The position numbers and the translations under genes were made by a program. Under the pieces are notes generated by a model, which did no database searches, was not told the origin of the DNA, and saw nothing but the letters and a program-made list of their open reading frames with translations. This document shows positions 59,916-64,000 of a stretch of 64,000 nt of DNA, piece after piece. Origin of the DNA: Octopus vulgaris (taxonomy: Eukaryota); contig OX597832.1 in NCBI GenBank assembly GCA_951406725.2, positions 43,524,001 through 43,588,000 of the forward strand, in the 5' to 3' direction. Each line of letters opens with the position of its first letter. The stretch's first letter is position 1.

Positions 59916-62900
59916 GTATATATATGTATATATATATGTATATATATATGTATATATATATATGTGTATATATATATATATGTATGTGTGTTTGTGTCTG
60001 TGTTTACGTCCCCGTTACTTAGCGGTTTGGCAAAAGGGACCGATAGAATAAGTACTAGGCTTACAAAGAATAAGTCGTGGGGTCAATTTGCTCGACTAAA
60101 AGGCGGTGCTCCAGCATGGCCGCAGTCAAATGACTGAAACGAGTAAAAGAGTAAGAGTATACACAAACCAAACTTATTGCATTAAGCAGCATTAAAACTT
60201 ATGAATAAAACACCATCACACATGCTGTAGAAGTGTTTGATATTGTAGGTATAGGTTTCTTTTTTCTCTCTCTTCCTCGTCTCTTAAAACAGGCCGGTGT
60301 GCTCGATGTGAAAGATCAGATGTAGCATTAACGAAATGTTCATCCTGCAACAAGGTAGAATACTGTTCCACACTCTGTCGAATTATTGACTGGGAACACC
60401 ACAAGACCTCCTGTGTGCTTCCAGAATCTAGAGATGACGAAAGTTTCGGTACAGGCTCAGATAAAGGTGAGTGCTAGAAACAGGCAAATTATTCCATTAC
60501 TAAAGCCTTAATACAACATACTATATCACACTGTACATCGACTGTACCACCTCCAATACAAAAATATGTCTCTGTTACACCACCACAGCATATCACATTA
60601 TAATATATTAGCAATCTGTATTTAAATGTCTAAAAAGCTTGGTTTTTGTGTTAGACACTTAAACGAAATTATTACCAAATCCTGTTCTGCTTTCTCCACA
60701 TACCATAACCAAATCTTTATATATAAAACTGAAGTTGTGTGTGTGTCTGCCTACTCTGATTTAGATTCCTAACTATTCCCACATTTTGCGGTGCAGTTTA
60801 ACCAAAAGCGGGTATCTTATAGTCGTGATTCATATCGAGCCTTTCTGGGTATTAGTGCACGTCTATGATGAGTCTACGATTTAAAAAAAATTTACCATCA
60901 TTTTTCCGCATTTTTAATGCATTTTTTGCTCGGTTTATATAAGGGAAGTAACTCTCTAAAAATGCTTATATAGTTATTTCCCTTACAAACCCGAGCAACG
61001 CTGGGCGATACTGCTAGTATAATATATTTATAACTGTAGTGTGATGGAGGAAAAGGACAACAGAAAAAGAAGCAATGGGAGAGAGAAATACAAAAGGCCT
61101 TACCTCGGCAAAATCAGCGGTCTCTTTCACGAATTCAACACGTCTTGTCACTCTGCCGTCTGTGCTGGAACTGACCACACGTGCTTCCTGCCCATGCATC
61201 TTTCACTCTTCTGACGGCCCCTGCAAGCCTTACTTCCACCCACCTCATCTGTCATCCTCTCCACCAACACCACATAGCTCATCACAGCCCATAACACTGC
61301 TAACACCACAATAACTTATCAATCGATAAAATGCTGCTAGCTTAGCTGCATGTGTGGTTAAGAAGCTTGCATCCCAACCATGATGTTTTGAGTTCAGTCC
61401 CACTGTATGGCACCTTGGGCAAGTGTTTTCTACTACAGCCTTGGGCTGATCAAAGCCTTGTGAGTGGAATTCTCTGTTTGTGTTTGTACCCTTCTTGACA
61501 TCACATGATGGTTGTAAACAAATATCAGCATCATACAAGAGATGTTGTTCCTTTCCAGTCATCCATGGAAAACATTTGGCCATGGGGAAATGTTACATTG
61601 CTTAGAAAGAGGTAAGTACTGGCAGCAGAAAGGGTACCTGGCCATAGAAAATCTGTCTCGACAAACTCCATCTGACCCAAGCAAGTATGGAACAGTGGGC
61701 ATTAAATGATGACAAGGAAATGATGATGGTAAAATTATCTCATTTGATTACCTCCAGTTACTTAGGTATTACTTTTTGTTCCAAAACATATTACAATTGT
61801 TTCTAACATCAACTCCCAACTATAAACAAATTTCTGACTCGCATTAACAATGTAAACACTTTTAAATGGAACATACATGTTGAAGAGGTATTTGATATTT
61901 CTGCTTTTCATCTTCCCAAAACAGATCAATGTGCCAGGTGTAAGAAGTCAGGTGTAGTGCTGAAAAAGTGTACTGGTTGCAACAATGTACAATATTGTTC
62001 CAAAATTTGTCAAACAACTGACTGGAAACAACACAAGCCTTCATGCAAGACTTCAGAGACTAAAGTTGATAAAAGTTCCAATGGAAAATCAGTTAAAAGT
62101 TAGTAATACAAACAAGAAATATTTCCCTTAACTAAGCCATTTTATATTTCAACTACATAAATACATACATATTTCTTTACTGCCCACAAGGGGCTAAACA
62201 CAGAGAGGACAAACAAAGACAGACAAACGGATTAAGTCGATTATATCGACCCCAGTGCGTAACTGGTGCTTAATTTATCGACCCCGAAAGGATGAAAGGC
62301 AAAGTTGACCTCGGCGGAATTTGAACTCAGAACATAACGGTAGACGAAATACGGCTACACATTTCGCCCGGCGTGCTAACGTTTCTGCCAGCTCGCTACA
62401 TACATGGCGAACCCCAACTTCTCAGAATTCTTCACTATACTCGTTGCCAACCTTCACCTTACTGACAGCATCCCTGTACGGGGCTTGTACAGCTCTTACT
62501 AGCCACTCATCTATCCCCAGTTTCCACATTGACCACCAGATGAGAGATCGGGGGACCGTGTCAAAGGCCTTCTTCAAGTCTACAAAAGCCAGGTACAAAG
62601 ATTTATCTTTGGCTAGGTATTTCTCCTGTAGTTGCCTTACCAGAAATATAGCATCAGTGGTGCTTCTACCTGGCACAAAACCAAACTGCATCTCATCTAG
62701 GTTAACTCTATCCCTAATTAGTTGGGCTATGACCCTCTCTATAACTTTTATCACCTGATCCAATAATTTGATACCCCTGTAGTTACATACATACATTATA
62801 TATGTGTGTGTGTGTAGATAAATAGATAGATGTATATGAATATAAAAACCATAAAATATCAGGAGGTATGAGAGAGGAATATCTTTATTTAACCACTTGG

Positions 62901-63921
62901 CATCCTTAGGGTTATAGTGGTTATCCTAAATAAACACTTCATCCACAGTAACAACATTAAGACTTTTAAATAATACATGTTGTAAAAGTGTTTGATTTTT
63001 TTTCTGTTTTTCACCTTCTTCCCAAACAGGTCAGTGTGCCAGATGTAAAAAGTCAGATGCAGTGTTGAAAAAATGTTCTGGCTGCAACATTGTAGAATAT
63101 TGTTCAAGAGCTTGTCAAAGTGTTGACTGGACAGATCACAAGACTTCATGTAAAAGATCAGTAAAAAGTAAATAGTTTCTCTACTAAACCACTATATACC
63201 TTCAGTACTGTACACTAATTTATACCGTACCACATTATTTTCCGGCATATCAGTCGAATTATTCAGACCAAAATCTACTGCCAAGATAGGTATCTGTTTC
63301 TTTATTGCCCACAAGGGGCTAAACATAGAGGAGACAAACAAGGACGGACAAAGGGATTAAGTTGATTACATTGACCCCAGTGCGTAACTGGTACTTAACT
63401 GATGTTGTTGATGTTGAAATTCCAATGAAGGGGCCTTGGATCCAGGTTAGAAACTGGCTCTTACTCTATTGGCAAGAAACCTTGAAATAAAACTAAGCAT
63501 TGACATACACACACACACACACACACACATACACACAAAGAAGGGAGATGAGAGAGGTAGTGTTCTGTATAATGAAGGCATGTCAGAGACACTGCTCCCT
63601 TGTTGGCTCAACAAACTGATGAATGACTAAATTCTTCAACTGAGGGTTGCTACACAATCAACTGGCATCGACTTTGGTCGCTTATAAATAAACTCTTTTA
63701 CCCACAACAGCCACATTAACACATTTCAATTGCACACCTGGTAGAAGTGTTTCATATATTATGTTTTACGTCTGTCCAAACAGGTCAATGTGCCAGGTGT
63801 AAAAAGTCAGGTGCAGGGTTGAAAAAATGTTCTGGCTGCAACAGTGTAGAATATTGTTCAAGAATTTGTCAAACAACTGACTGGGAACAACACAAGACTT
63901 CATGTAAAAGATCAGTTAAAG
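57462..63921 (+). CDS. Poly-zf-MYND protein gene, copy B (5' part; continues beyond window)
   Basis: Exons 57462-58047, 60293-60466, 61925-62098, 63030-63167 and 63784-63921 are phase compatible and open. All but 61925-62098 have a positional homolog in copy A. Confidence 0.88.
59579..59990. repeat. (TA)n/(TATG) microsatellite expanded inside a SINE
   Basis: Read directly. Confidence 0.95.
60293..60466 (+). CDS. Copy B MYND exon ([40 protein letters not shown]...)
   Basis: 174 nt, aaaacag|...AAAG|gtgagt, phase 1-1. Flanks match those of 25803-25976. Confidence 0.9.
61925..62098 (+). CDS. Copy B MYND exon ([40 protein letters not shown]...)
   Basis: 174 nt, cccaaaacag|...AAAA|gttagt, phase 1-1. 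No positional counterpart seen in copy A. Confidence 0.82.
62403..62785 (-). mobile_element. RTE-clade LINE reverse transcriptase fragment
   Basis: NYRGIKLL...[15 protein letters not shown]...[13 protein letters not shown]. Confidence 0.9.
63030..63167 (+). CDS. Copy B MYND exon, near-identical to 23522-23659
   Basis: 138 nt, AG/GT boundaries, one synonymous difference seen (AGG/AGA). Confidence 0.87.
63784..63921 (+). CDS. Copy B MYND exon, near-identical to 22779-22916
   Basis: 138 nt, cag|...AAAG|gtgagt, one K/R difference. Confidence 0.9.
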
Positions 63922-64000
63922 GTGAGTGTTAACAGCAGGTAAATTATTCCCCCACTAACCCATTATATACCTGCAGTACTGTACCCCAATTTATGCCTCC

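Overview
Eukaryotic, AT-rich, repeat-dense genomic DNA. The tRNA-type SINE families, abundant (TA)n/(CA)n/(TTA)n microsatellites and LINE/Tc1 debris suggest an octopus/cephalopod genome (inference). Most ORF-track entries are microsatellite or SINE artefacts. The real coding content is hidden in short exons. (1) A complete minus-strand gene has 11 coding exons (ATG 28250 to TGA 10691, 2208 nt, about 735 aa by hand assembly). It encodes ten zinc-finger MYND domains, eight of them each on its own symmetric phase 1-1 exon, followed by an uncharacterised beta-rich C-terminal domain. (2) A divergently oriented plus-strand paralog starts at ATG 57462 and runs off the window end. The two genes form an inverted duplication with its axis near 39.3-39.6 kb. 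Three related putative promoter/5'-UTR-exon units (about 38.5-39.1 kb on the minus strand; 40.1-40.5 kb and 47.1-47.7 kb on the plus strand) carry conserved IRF/ISRE-like GAAAGTGAAAGT motifs. The paralogs are strongly diverged in their first exons but nearly identical over a 1 kb tract, and they differ in MYND exon number. This pattern suggests a rapidly evolving, possibly immune-inducible poly-MYND gene family. Three 93-98 bp tandem arrays of traceable origin, a Tc1 element and several LINE fragments are also present.
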